From: Promethearchaeota archaeon
GTDB taxonomy: Archaea; Asgardarchaeota; Lokiarchaeia; Sigyniarchaeales; SOKP01
Direction: 5' to 3'
Assembly: GCA_016839585.1 (NCBI GenBank)
Contig: JAEOTZ010000054.1
Span: forward strand, 1 to 36,827
Length of the DNA: 36,827 nucleotides
Notes under the pieces: model-generated
What the model saw: only the letters and a program-made list of their open reading frames with translations
What the model was told of the DNA's origin: nothing
Database searches by the model: none
Shown: piece by piece, positions 26,124-36,509 of the stretch
How the letters are laid out: the number at the start of each line of letters is the position of its first letter
How positions within the stretch are numbered: position 1 is the first letter of the stretch
Translations under genes and position numbers: made by a program

Positions 26124-26699
26124 ATGGAAAAAAGTGAAGAGCAATTCTGGAAAGATGTTATAAAAAAGCATACGAACTCATTTATAGTACTAATTATTGC
26201 AGCTGTATGTGCAATCATTGGAGCCCTCTTGGTATTTTTTTGGATTGTAGAGGTAAATCCCTTCGTCAATCCACGTACAGGTACCTTTAATGACTGGACG
26301 TTAAATTATGTCGTTGGCATTATTATCCAAATAATTTTAGCGGAACTTTTATTTGTAGGTATTCCAGCAGGGTTATTTTTCGGCGTAGGAGGATATTTAT
26401 GGTGGCGTAAATTACCTGAGGATGAAAAACAAGATGTTAAAGATAGAGAAAAGAAAGAAACACATAGAACAAGAGACTATGGTGGCGGTGGTGGTTTTAG
26501 TTTCTTTATGTTTATAGCATATTGTATTTACATTGCAGTAGACGGAAATTACAATGCTACTCTAGGTAGTCAACCATATAGTTATTGGATTTATTCATGG
26601 TTTTTAACTCTGATGTGGATAATTATTGTACTTGGTATTCCAGCAGGGATTATCCTCCTTATTGTATATTTCAAGGTCTGGAGAAAAAAATCAGAATAA
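26124..26699 (+). CDS. Hypothetical 4-TM membrane protein
   Basis: Four hydrophobic segments with a charged loop (WWRKLP..EK...GGGGG). Confidence 0.75.
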   Translation: MEKSEEQFWKDVIKKHTNSFIVLIIAAVCAIIGALLVFFWIVEVNPFVNPRTGTFNDWTLNYVVGIIIQIILAELLFVGIPAGLFFGVGGYLWWRKLPEDEKQDVKDREKKETHRTRDYGGGGGFSFFMFIAYCIYIAVDGNYNATLGSQPYSYWIYSWFLTLMWIIIVLGIPAGIILLIVYFKVWRKKSE

Positions 26700-26766
26700 A
26701 TAATAATTTTTTTTTTTCTTTTTAATTTTATATTAATTTAAAATTATAAAAAGTAGAATTTAGAGA

Positions 26767-29091
26767 TTATTCGTAGATTGGCTCAAAAATATTTTTTTCA
26801 ATTAGATCCATTATATTATCAATATCTTTTGATGAACACGTTTGCTCAGGCAATAATGATGCTATATAAAAATATTTTTTATTAGTTTGCTTCATAAATG
26901 AGACTGCTTTATCAATATAAGCTCTCTCATCCTGTTTGATTTTAATATTTTCTGAACTTGCTTTCGTAGCCAATTTAAGAGGATAAATAAATGAAATATT
27001 AAGATGAATTTTTAATAGTCCTTCAATTCCTTTAAAAGGTTTAATATCTCCATTGAAATCTTCTACTAGTTTTCCATATTTTTGATAGATATCGTAAGCT
27101 AAGTCTTCTACAGAATACAAAAAGTTTCTTGAAGGAGACTCTTTCAAAATCAAAATTATTCTAAGATTTACAAATTCTGTCATTATGACTATTGATTTAG
27201 CATAATCTAGTTTAATAGTCTGAGAGTGATCATCAACTTTAATTAACTCAATTCCAAATTGGTGAATTGCCTGCAAAAATCCTGATATCAGCGTGCCGTT
27301 CATTTCTTTTCCTGTAAATTTTTGTTCATATATATTTAATCCTGATTTCTTATCAGTGACCATTAGATAATCCAGATTTAAAATATCCATGCATTTGTTA
27401 TAGATTTCTTGTTCCTTTTCAACACGTTTGTTTCTAAATGATCTAACTAGTCTGTATGAGACAAAAATAGATATCGTGGCACCTACCGAAGCAGCAACAA
27501 TTAAAATGATTAAAAAGGGATTAATTGGTTCTGGAGGTGTGGGTTCTGGTGGTGGGACTGGTGGAGCCTCTGGAGTTGTAATTGACAAAACTTGAGATTT
27601 AACTCCTGCATCTGTAATATTATTCCAATAAATTTTTGCAGTATAACTTCCATTAAGAAGATTAGTTGGAATATCGTATGTAAATACAGTTTCTTCAGAA
27701 ATCACTCCTCTTATCTCAATTACTTCAGAATAACCTAATGTATTAATTAAAACAAATGTGAGATTACCTTGGATTGCTGGAGCAGTAACAGAGAATTGTA
27801 ATTCTTGACCTGTCTCCCATTCTATATTTGGAAAATTTATATTAAAATTAATATTCGGAGAATATGCGATTATATTCCATTCAGAATTTTCTAATATTGT
27901 ATTATTTGGAATAATGATAAAGCTATTGTTCAAGTCAATATTTACCAACGAGGTAACATTTACCCAGTTACTGCTTAATTTTCTAAATATTGAAAAATTG
28001 TACCAATTCTTTGGAATATTAAATCTTATGAAATAGTTTTGTGAAATTCTACTAACTATTGGTGATATCGACCAATGATTATGAGATTCTTCAACATTTC
28101 CAAAACAATCAGTTAAAAACTCATTTGATAAATTTATAGTATAATTACATTTAAAATTTAAAGTTAAAGACTTATTTATTTCGATTCCAATATTGAGATT
28201 GGTTTCGCTATAAAAGTTAGATAAATTAGGAATCTCTATGAAGCCTTTTCCTGAAAGTGGTCCATCACTTATTTCATAATTATTTCCTTTAAATTTAGCG
28301 GTCATATTGATATCAGTAGGAAAATAAGTTCTATCGACCCGTTGGTTTAGTTTACATAAGAAGCTTGTATTTATTGCGCCAGTATCCCAAGAAGAAGATT
28401 CATAAAAGGATGTGTGTAAATATGGAATTTGAGGATCAAAGGTATCCTTTTGCCAAAAATACTTCGCTTGATCATCTGTAGATAAGTTGGTTCCATTTAT
28501 AACTAAAGAATAATTTCCTGTGTGAAGAGTTATTGGATTTGATGAAAAATCTTGGTAATACCAATCTAAATTGGTAGATATATTCAAATCAATAGATCTA
28601 TAAACTGTATTATTCGGACTAAAATTGCTTTCATCGAATCCCTGTAGTTGGAATTTAATTGTCTCAGTCGCTTGTGGAGTTTTGTATGCATTTATGTATA
28701 CACCAAATAGTTCAGTGTCTTCTGTAATTTCAATTTGTGTTCCTAACGCTAAATTTCTAAAAACACTATTTTTATTCCATACTAGATCTGATCCCGTTTC
28801 GGAGTCTTCAATCGTAAAGATTTCACTACCAAGACTTATATCAGAAAAATTAACTTTTATGTTAGTTACTGTCCAATTTGCCTCAGGTAACTGAACATCT
28901 ATTGAACTAACATTTTCTTTTATCCCTTCAGTTTCAGAATATTCAAAGAATCCTAGACTCGAAGAAACAGATATTGTTTCACCGTTAGTTTGAGCATTAG
29001 AATTGGAAATAATCCTATTCGAAATGAAAGAAATGGTAATTATCACCAATAAAATTAAAGTGATCTTATTTGTTCTATTCGTAGTTCTCAA
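26767..29091 (-). CDS. Single-pass receptor-like protein: signal anchor, beta-rich ectodomain, Pro linker, TM, cytoplasmic longin-like domain
   Basis: N-terminal hydrophobic segment, many N-x-S/T sites, 'PEAPPVPPPEPTPPEP', a TM helix, then 'LMVTDKKSGLNIY...LISGFLQAIHQFGIEL'. Confidence 0.75.
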   Translation of the reverse strand: MRTTNRTNKITLILLVIITISFISNRIISNSNAQTNGETISVSSSLGFFEYSETEGIKENVSSIDVQLPEANWTVTNIKVNFSDISLGSEIFTIEDSETGSDLVWNKNSVFRNLALGTQIEITEDTELFGVYINAYKTPQATETIKFQLQGFDESNFSPNNTVYRSIDLNISTNLDWYYQDFSSNPITLHTGNYSLVINGTNLSTDDQAKYFWQKDTFDPQIPYLHTSFYESSSWDTGAINTSFLCKLNQRVDRTYFPTDINMTAKFKGNNYEISDGPLSGKGFIEIPNLSNFYSETNLNIGIEINKSLTLNFKCNYTINLSNEFLTDCFGNVEESHNHWSISPIVSRISQNYFIRFNIPKNWYNFSIFRKLSSNWVNVTSLVNIDLNNSFIIIPNNTILENSEWNIIAYSPNINFNINFPNIEWETGQELQFSVTAPAIQGNLTFVLINTLGYSEVIEIRGVISEETVFTYDIPTNLLNGSYTAKIYWNNITDAGVKSQVLSITTPEAPPVPPPEPTPPEPINPFLIILIVAASVGATISIFVSYRLVRSFRNKRVEKEQEIYNKCMDILNLDYLMVTDKKSGLNIYEQKFTGKEMNGTLISGFLQAIHQFGIELIKVDDHSQTIKLDYAKSIVIMTEFVNLRIILILKESPSRNFLYSVEDLAYDIYQKYGKLVEDFNGDIKPFKGIEGLLKIHLNISFIYPLKLATKASSENIKIKQDERAYIDKAVSFMKQTNKKYFYIASLLPEQTCSSKDIDNIMDLIEKNIFEPIYE

Positions 29092-29227
29092 CGTAGACCC
29101 TGTATGTCTCTTACATTTTTGTACTATAATTAAATTATATTAATATCCTTATAAATAATTAACTAAACATTGGCTTATAAAATTGCATTTTATAAAAAAT
29201 TAATAATAGAATATTATAGGGATATAT

Positions 29228-30508
29228 ATGAGAATCACAAATAAAGGAATGATGGATTGGTTTGGAATGTTTCCATCTTCTACTTTTGCAGATGGACAAT
29301 GTCATTTAATAGCAGGCATGGCCAATACTGGAGTCATTGAAACTGAAGAAGGTTTGGTTTTATTCGATCTTCCAATGAAGCAGTATGGTAAAAGATTGTT
29401 CAGAGAAATTCGAGAAATTACTAATAAGAGAGTCAAATATATTATTTACTCGCATGGTCATTTTGATCATTGTTTTGCGTACGAGCCCTTTATTAAAGAA
29501 ATTACGGAAAGTGGATGGGAGATGCCTCAAGTAATAGCTCATGAAAACTGTATAAAGAGGTTTGAGAAATATAGGATGCTCGATAAATACCATGAATGGC
29601 TTAATAAACAACAATTTGCATCTATGGGAATAGGTCGTCAAAAAGCACTAGTTTCAGCCCATAATACGCTTAATCCTACAATAATAATGAAAGGTGATGA
29701 TCCTTACACTTTTAAATTAGGTGAGTGTAGTTTTGAGCTTTACCATGATATTGGTGAGACAGATGATTCAATCTGGTTATGGGTACCTGAAAAAAAACTT
29801 ATCTGTGCTGGAGATTTATTCGTATCATCATTTCCTAATGTTGGTAATCCCTATAAGGTTCAGCGTTATCCAAAGGATTGGGCTATTGCTATGGAAAAAA
29901 TGATGGCAAAAAATGCAGAATATTTAGTACCAGGTCACGGACCTTTAATTGAAGGCATAGATAGAGTAAAAGAAGCATTTTCAATTACTGCCGATGCTAT
30001 GCGTTTTGTACATTATGAAGTTGTAAAAAGGATGAACGAGGGTAAATGGTTTGAGCAGATTTATCATGAAATGCTCGAAATTTATCCAGATAAATTTAAA
30101 AATCATCACTTTCTAAGAGAAATGTATGGTTGTTATCGATTTGCGATACATGCCACTTATAGACTTTATCATGGTTGGTATAATAGTGGGAATCCAACTA
30201 ATTTGTTTCCAGCAAAATCTAAAGACATTGCTAAGGAATTCTTAAAAATTAATTCTGAAGAAAAATATCTTGAACATGCAAAATCTCTTTATAATGAAGA
30301 TAAACTACAGTTAGCTCTTCATATTCTCGATGTAATAATAAATGGCATTGATAATAACGAGAATAATATTCTTTTAGAAGCTTTGAGGTTAAAAGCAAGA
30401 ATATTAAAACTTCAGTCAAAAACTGAACCATCATTTATAGCAGCAAACATCATAGATAATGCGGCTTACCAAATTAAAAGTAATATAAAAAAAATTGAAA
30501 AAAATTGA
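29228..30508 (+). CDS. Metallo-beta-lactamase-fold alkyl sulfatase (SdsA-like) with dimerisation domain
   Basis: 'YSHGHFDH', 'GETDD...W', 'GD....FPN', 'PGHG', 'Y.GWY..GNP..L.P'. Confidence 0.85.
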   Translation: MRITNKGMMDWFGMFPSSTFADGQCHLIAGMANTGVIETEEGLVLFDLPMKQYGKRLFREIREITNKRVKYIIYSHGHFDHCFAYEPFIKEITESGWEMPQVIAHENCIKRFEKYRMLDKYHEWLNKQQFASMGIGRQKALVSAHNTLNPTIIMKGDDPYTFKLGECSFELYHDIGETDDSIWLWVPEKKLICAGDLFVSSFPNVGNPYKVQRYPKDWAIAMEKMMAKNAEYLVPGHGPLIEGIDRVKEAFSITADAMRFVHYEVVKRMNEGKWFEQIYHEMLEIYPDKFKNHHFLREMYGCYRFAIHATYRLYHGWYNSGNPTNLFPAKSKDIAKEFLKINSEEKYLEHAKSLYNEDKLQLALHILDVIINGIDNNENNILLEALRLKARILKLQSKTEPSFIAANIIDNAAYQIKSNIKKIEKN

Positions 30509-30532
30509 TATAAACTAATATTTTTCCATCTT

Positions 30533-31927
30533 CTACAAACCTAATTCCTCTATCTTTCTTTGATTTTCCTTTACTTTATCAGGAGTTAGGTCATACTTTA
30601 ACCAAAACACGATAATTCCAATGACAAGTAATATAAATGGAATCAAAGATTGATGAAAGTGAATACCCCAGATGGCTAATTCTGTTTGTGTGACGCTTCC
30701 TTCGACAAAACCAGTAAGTTCATGGACAATAGCAAAGGTGAGCGCTTGAACAATTATACCAATTCTTCCAAAAAATTGCTGAAATCCAGTGTATACTCCT
30801 TCTTCACGTATATTTGTTATTACTATTGAATTATCAATGACATCAGAAGATACTGGGAATATCATAAGCCAAAATCCCCCCATACCTGATCCCCATAAAA
30901 ACATATCAAAAACAATTAAGTAATAATTTCTAAGGAAAGTTATTGGTATTGTAAAAGCAGCTAGAACTATAGCTGAAACGATCATCACTTTTTTATTATT
31001 TTGTATTTTTCGGGAATAACGTGTCCAGAAAGGGGTTGAAAGTAATACTCCAATAAGAAAAGCTGCAAATATTAAAGTTGAAGCTGATCCTGGCATTTGC
31101 ATTGAATATTTTACAGTATATTGGACTGATGCTTGCATTGTTTCTATCAAGGATTGATACAACATATACATTACCATAAATATTATAAAAGGTTTCTGAG
31201 TCAAAGCAACTCTAAGACTTTTAAAAAAAGTTGTGCTCTCACGTTCTTTTTCTTGAGAGGATAAATAAAGATCAATAGTAACTTGATCTTCTCGTGAGCC
31301 GGGGATAGCAACAGCAAAACCGATAAAAGTTATTATAGCTACTATAAGCCCTTGAATTGCAAACGAGGGAAGATCTTCATATGTAAAGAGAAGAGGAGGT
31401 ATAATAGATCCAATTGCGACACCAAAAACACCAATCATTATATAGATACCGCTAGCAGTTCGACGTTCTTGTTCTGACCGATATTTATCAGGAAATAATG
31501 ATTGAAAATTCACAAATAAAATTGAATGAAAAGTGTCAAAAAGACAGGTTGTAAATAATAACCAAAAAAAGAGCGTCCAAGCACCTGATTCTGCATTGTA
31601 AGTTGGTGGCATAAATATAAGCATGTAGGTAAAACCCCAAGGTAAGCCCCCAATCAAAATCCATGGAAATCGGCGTCCCCATTTTTTTGTGAATTTAAAG
31701 GGTCGATTTGTTAGATATCCAATAAATGGATCATTAAACATGTTGTAAATCGCAAAAAGCACAAAAGCTAGCCCTATCAACCACACATTTAATCCTAATT
31801 CAGACTCATAAAAAAAGAAACTAAAAGACGTAAATGCTATTCTAAGAAGTTCTCTAGAAAAAGAGTTGAAACCATAAGATGCCATTCCCACTTTGCTATG
31901 TTTAATTTGTATTTCATTTGTTTCCAT
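30533..31927 (-). CDS. MFS transporter, GPH (MelB-like) family
   Basis: 'FNDPFIG.L', 'KWGRRFPW', 'DVID....T..REEG.Y.G', and about 12 TM segments. Confidence 0.9.
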   Translation of the reverse strand: METNEIQIKHSKVGMASYGFNSFSRELLRIAFTSFSFFFYESELGLNVWLIGLAFVLFAIYNMFNDPFIGYLTNRPFKFTKKWGRRFPWILIGGLPWGFTYMLIFMPPTYNAESGAWTLFFWLLFTTCLFDTFHSILFVNFQSLFPDKYRSEQERRTASGIYIMIGVFGVAIGSIIPPLLFTYEDLPSFAIQGLIVAIITFIGFAVAIPGSREDQVTIDLYLSSQEKERESTTFFKSLRVALTQKPFIIFMVMYMLYQSLIETMQASVQYTVKYSMQMPGSASTLIFAAFLIGVLLSTPFWTRYSRKIQNNKKVMIVSAIVLAAFTIPITFLRNYYLIVFDMFLWGSGMGGFWLMIFPVSSDVIDNSIVITNIREEGVYTGFQQFFGRIGIIVQALTFAIVHELTGFVEGSVTQTELAIWGIHFHQSLIPFILLVIGIIVFWLKYDLTPDKVKENQRKIEELGL

Positions 31928-32086
31928 TTTAATAACCAAATTTTTGATTTTAATTAATTTCGATAATGAAGTGAATTTATTTTAAATAGATAAATATTAT
32001 TCAATTACATATATATAATTATTAGTACAAATATTAGAAAATTGCTGAATAGATAAAATTGATTAGATAAATCTAAGGAATAAAAA

Positions 32087-33613
32087 CTAAGTACCAGCAA
32101 TTCTTTTCGGATATTTTGTTTGAGCTCTTAAATTTTCTCTCAACATTTTATTTACAAGGTGAAACCGTTTCCCTTTAAAATTATTATCATACCATAAATT
32201 AATTAATTCATAGGGATCATTTTTGCGGTCATAAATATCACCAAAATTATCTAAAGTATCATAAATCGTTAATTTATAATCCTCAGTAACAAGATGTCTT
32301 AATCTAGCCTCGAGTGTGCCTACCTCCTCATCATTTTCTATCAAAACACAGTCTCTTAATTTCTCCCGAGGATTGACTAAAATCGGAGAAATGTTATAAC
32401 CTTGCATATCTGGAGGATGGTGTCTTTCTTTAATACCAAGAAGATTCAGAATTGTTTTAGGGTAATCAATTGAACTTACTAAAGAGTTAGATATACCTCC
32501 TGGCTTCGTTAATTCAGGTACTTTCCAGATCAATGGTATTTGTAAAACACCATTAAAAGGACATGGACCCTTAAATAGAAGTCCATGATCACCCATTAAA
32601 TCTCCGTGATCACTCATAAAGACAACAATAGTATTTTTTGAATATCCTAATTTTTCCAATGATGCTAAAATTTGACCGATATAGTAATCAACATATGCAA
32701 TTGATGCGTATGTTAATGCTGTTAAATGACGTACCTCATCTTCTGTGGATTCTCGTATAAAAGCTCTTTTGAAGGGTGGTTTTCTTAAATGATCACCTAA
32801 ATATTCATGATTATATAAATTTTTAATATCATTATAACTAGCTGGAAGTTCAATATCTTCTGGTTTATATTGATCTTGATACATTTTAGGGGGACTTAAT
32901 GGCCAATGTGGATCTGGAAATGAACAATGCAAATAAAATGGTTTGTTCCCATAATCTCCATTTGAATATCTTTCTAGGAATGATAAAGTCCTTTCAGCAA
33001 CCCAAGTAGTGTTATAGAATTGATCTGGTATGGGGGCACAAAAAATACTGAATAGATTATCATAGTTCAATACTCTCTGTCTCATATCTTCAGCAATTTC
33101 AGGAGCTCTTTCCTCTAACCATTCTGTATAATGGCCTGCACACACAGTTCCATTCCCAGATATAACTTCAACTTCTTCATAACCATAATACGGTAATGGA
33201 AAATTATCTCTTACAGGATAGCTTTTATCTCTTCTAAGTGCCCAATCAATTATACTTTCTGCAGATCTACTCTTATGTTTGAAAGCACCCAACCAATATT
33301 GATGGTGTATTTTTCCAATAGCTGCTGTGTGCCATCCTTGTTTATCAAGAGTTTGAATAATTGTAGGAATGTTCTGACGTAAATTTATACCATTACTCCT
33401 AACACCATGAACATTTGGATAGGCTCCTGTAACCAAAGTTGCTCTATTTGGCATACAGATAGGATTGGTACAAAAATGATTTGTGAATCTAAGACCCTCT
33501 TTAGCTAATCTATCAAGGTTAGGCGTCTTTACTCTTTGATTTCCTGCGCAACTCATATGATCCGCGCGCATAGCATCAGTTATAATAAATAAAACATTTA
33601 ATTTTTCACTCAT
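32087..33613 (-). CDS. Formylglycine-type sulfatase (choline-sulfatase-like)
   Basis: 'NVLFIITD', CxPxR 'CMPNRATLVTG', 'GKIH', 'PDPH', 'SDHGD'. Confidence 0.93.
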   Translation of the reverse strand: MSEKLNVLFIITDAMRADHMSCAGNQRVKTPNLDRLAKEGLRFTNHFCTNPICMPNRATLVTGAYPNVHGVRSNGINLRQNIPTIIQTLDKQGWHTAAIGKIHHQYWLGAFKHKSRSAESIIDWALRRDKSYPVRDNFPLPYYGYEEVEVISGNGTVCAGHYTEWLEERAPEIAEDMRQRVLNYDNLFSIFCAPIPDQFYNTTWVAERTLSFLERYSNGDYGNKPFYLHCSFPDPHWPLSPPKMYQDQYKPEDIELPASYNDIKNLYNHEYLGDHLRKPPFKRAFIRESTEDEVRHLTALTYASIAYVDYYIGQILASLEKLGYSKNTIVVFMSDHGDLMGDHGLLFKGPCPFNGVLQIPLIWKVPELTKPGGISNSLVSSIDYPKTILNLLGIKERHHPPDMQGYNISPILVNPREKLRDCVLIENDEEVGTLEARLRHLVTEDYKLTIYDTLDNFGDIYDRKNDPYELINLWYDNNFKGKRFHLVNKMLRENLRAQTKYPKRIAGT

Positions 33614-33733
33614 AACCCTCAGAATTTAGTATTTTATTCAAAATTTTATCTCTTTTATTATAATTCAATAAGATCAATACTGTAAAGACAAATATATAGA
33701 TATTCAATTTTTTTAATTATTGAAAATTTAAGC

Positions 33734-34831
33734 TCAATAATGATTCTCCATAATGTGAACGGTTCTCTTTTCAAGCTCTTTTTTAAATTGCTCAAGATTT
33801 AAATCCAAACAGCCCTCTGGTGGAAATACCCCCTGAGATTTGATATTACCATTTATAATCATTTGAGTTATAATAGACGCAGGTATTGACGTTAATTTTG
33901 CCACTGGACCTACAACGGTATAAGATAAATGAGCCTTTTTTTGGTTTCTTATTCCAATAACATCACTTCTGAAAGCGGATATTATTTCCCTTTCTTCAAC
34001 TTTACCTGTAATAAGGGGTAGAATTCTAAGAAAAAATTTAACAATTAATTTCATAATTTTCACATCTTTAACTGGTATTAATTTATCAAGGATTTTCGTT
34101 AGTAGAATATCTGATTCTGGTAAGATTCCTCCCTTACAGATAGCTTCATTTGTTTCTATATATCGAGGAAGGGTTACAGGTTCAGGATGACCAACATAAT
34201 ATAAAGGGACTGATCCTAAAGGCGCAGGAAATTTTACAACCTCCCTATCCGTTAGAGCTCTAATATTAATCCATTTTCCATTAATATATTGCGGGATTTT
34301 TCCCATAGCTATGTGTGCCCAATGGGCTAATTGACCAAAACCAATTGTTTCACCAGTATCTTCAAACCATAAAACTCTAATTGATTCAACTTGATCTAAT
34401 TGATCTGCTCCTAATTTTGCCATTATGTTTGTTAGTCCTGCTGATGCTCCAGAATTGATTAAAAATGTTAAACCCTCACGCTCAACAACCTTATTCAAAT
34501 TTAAAAATGTCAAAGTAGCATCATGGTCATCACATATATCAACATAATTAATCCCCGCTTGAATAGCTGCTCTAGGAACCCAATCACCAAACATATAGTA
34601 TGGACCAACATTATTAACCACTAATTTGTAATTTTTAAGGACTTCTACTAAATTCTCAAAATGCATAACATCTAATTTCTGATATGTTGCTCTGCTTCCA
34701 AGCTTTTTTGCCAGTTGATTTCCCTCTGGTTCTCTTATATCTGCTAAAACAACATCAAATCCACTATTTACAAGATCTAAAGCGATATATCTTCCAACCT
34801 CCCCACAGGCACCTAAAATAATAATGCTCAT
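33734..34831 (-). CDS. Saccharopine dehydrogenase-like NAD(P)-dependent oxidoreductase
   Basis: 'ILGACGEVG', 'NNVGPY', 'YVDICDD', 'GHPEPVTLP', 'GVFPPE'. Confidence 0.85.
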   Translation of the reverse strand: MSIIILGACGEVGRYIALDLVNSGFDVVLADIREPEGNQLAKKLGSRATYQKLDVMHFENLVEVLKNYKLVVNNVGPYYMFGDWVPRAAIQAGINYVDICDDHDATLTFLNLNKVVEREGLTFLINSGASAGLTNIMAKLGADQLDQVESIRVLWFEDTGETIGFGQLAHWAHIAMGKIPQYINGKWINIRALTDREVVKFPAPLGSVPLYYVGHPEPVTLPRYIETNEAICKGGILPESDILLTKILDKLIPVKDVKIMKLIVKFFLRILPLITGKVEEREIISAFRSDVIGIRNQKKAHLSYTVVGPVAKLTSIPASIITQMIINGNIKSQGVFPPEGCLDLNLEQFKKELEKRTVHIMENHY

Positions 34832-34863
34832 ATACTACCCTCTTGTTTTAAATATAGATAAAG

Positions 34864-35250
34864 TTAATTTTTCTGTAATATTATACCTTCTCTTTTTGAT
34901 ATAATGATAAAAAACAAAGACCATAATATGTCATACGGTATAGCGAAAACTAAAATCATAGAAAATTCAGGATATTCAGTTAGATTTATTAAACTGAAGA
35001 TAATCATTATAATTCGAGCTAGAATGTTAACTAACGGAATAAACACCAATTTTTTTACATCTCGGGATGAATAAATTAAAAGAATTCCATAACACAACAC
35101 AAATGTCCCCGCCATCTGAGTAATAACTGGAATGTTTTCAAGTCCTAATTGTTCAAGGAAAGGATCTAATACTAAAAATAATATACCAATGGCTATTTCC
35201 ACGATTCCGCCTAAAATCAGTAGAATTTTTAGAATTTTATTACGATGCAT
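34864..35250 (-). CDS. Hypothetical 4-TM membrane protein
   Basis: 128-aa ORF with four hydrophobic helices. Confidence 0.7.
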   Translation of the reverse strand: MHRNKILKILLILGGIVEIAIGILFLVLDPFLEQLGLENIPVITQMAGTFVLCYGILLIYSSRDVKKLVFIPLVNILARIIMIIFSLINLTEYPEFSMILVFAIPYDILWSLFFIIISKREGIILQKN

Positions 35251-35276
35251 AATTTTTAATTAATTACTCTTACTTT

Positions 35277-36452
35277 TTAACAATTTTTAAGAGGTGACAT
35301 AAATCCCCCCGCATTTCTTTCTGTTAATGGAATCATTGATTCACATTCTTTAATTTTTACTTTCTTATCAAAGAAGAAATGTCCTATTTGCTGAGCTTTT
35401 AAATACAAATCATCAATTAGATCTTGCTCAATTGCGTTGAATAAATAAATTTTGACAATATTTTCTGGTTTATCTTCCATATCCCAAACTCCAATAGCAG
35501 TACCATCTAAAAAAATTGTCGATGTTATATTTCCAGAACGATCAAAGATGTTACCATAATATTTTTCATCAATATATCTATCCCGCTCCTTATATCCCAT
35601 TGGATAGGGATCAAGTCTAGGTAATAATGTCAATGTTTGTTTACCTGAGATATTAATACTTTTCAACGTATCTATATCTTCTTTAAACATTAGAAGGACT
35701 TTATTTAATTTAGAAATTTTAACTTTTTCGAATTGATAATTTGTAGTGTCTAGAGCATCTCTAATTTTTGTTTTTGTTAAACCTGTCCACCATGAAATGT
35801 CATTTACTGATACAGGTCCATATGATTTTATATATTTTTCTACAAGCAGTTGAATTGCATCTTTTTCATCTATTTTTGTTAAATCAAGGGATGGAAAATA
35901 ATCATTAAATAACGCATACTTATTTCTTCGATCTCTCCAATCTTTAATTGGTTTTCCTCTTATTAATAATCCATAATTACACATTACTTGGATAATTGCA
36001 GGGATGTTTGATTTAGAATCCATCTCTTTTCTTATTTCTGATGCTGACAATTCTCTTCCATTTAATATCCCCATTATTTTTTGTGATACTTCTTGATATT
36101 CTGTTAACGTAACTTTATGAAATTCCATATACTTTTCGAATGATCCTTCAATTATATTAGAAGTTGCAGTATAAACTATTGGAATTAAATTTTGAGTCTC
36201 AATAAATAGAGTTCTTCGCATTCCCCGTATTCTAGCGAGAGTTTTATTTAAATAAAGCGCCTCTTCTAAATTAGATTTCATGAAATTGTTAGTTCTAGCA
36301 AAAAGAGATAAATATGAAGTAGTAAGTTCTGTTGAATGAAGTCCACATAAATCCTCTGTTATCTTTACAATATCATCAGTTTTATTATCCTCTAAAAGAT
36401 ATTGTTTTTTTAAAATAAATCTATTGACCTGATCTAATTCAAAAGTTTCCAT
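35277..36452 (-). CDS. AlkZ/YcaQ-like (HTH_42 winged-helix) DNA glycosylase
   Basis: 'LCGLHSTE...YLSL.AR', 'MRRTLF', 'Y..SYGP....D..WWTGL', 'LLP.LDPY.MGY..R', 'DG..IGVW'. Confidence 0.8.
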   Translation of the reverse strand: METFELDQVNRFILKKQYLLEDNKTDDIVKITEDLCGLHSTELTTSYLSLFARTNNFMKSNLEEALYLNKTLARIRGMRRTLFIETQNLIPIVYTATSNIIEGSFEKYMEFHKVTLTEYQEVSQKIMGILNGRELSASEIRKEMDSKSNIPAIIQVMCNYGLLIRGKPIKDWRDRRNKYALFNDYFPSLDLTKIDEKDAIQLLVEKYIKSYGPVSVNDISWWTGLTKTKIRDALDTTNYQFEKVKISKLNKVLLMFKEDIDTLKSINISGKQTLTLLPRLDPYPMGYKERDRYIDEKYYGNIFDRSGNITSTIFLDGTAIGVWDMEDKPENIVKIYLFNAIEQDLIDDLYLKAQQIGHFFFDKKVKIKECESMIPLTERNAGGFMSPLKNC

Positions 36453-36509
36453 TAATCATCAATTGGTATGGTTATAGTGTAGAAAAGTGAAAAAATAATA
36501 GAAATTAAA

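Noticed and set aside
1667-30434. Other short track ORFs nested in larger genes (e.g. 1667, 2982, 4682, 10741, 12609, 14286, 15176, 16049, 16444, 20089, 20393, 28625, 29360, 29721, 30249)
   Set aside because: They lie fully inside well-supported genes and have no recognisable features.
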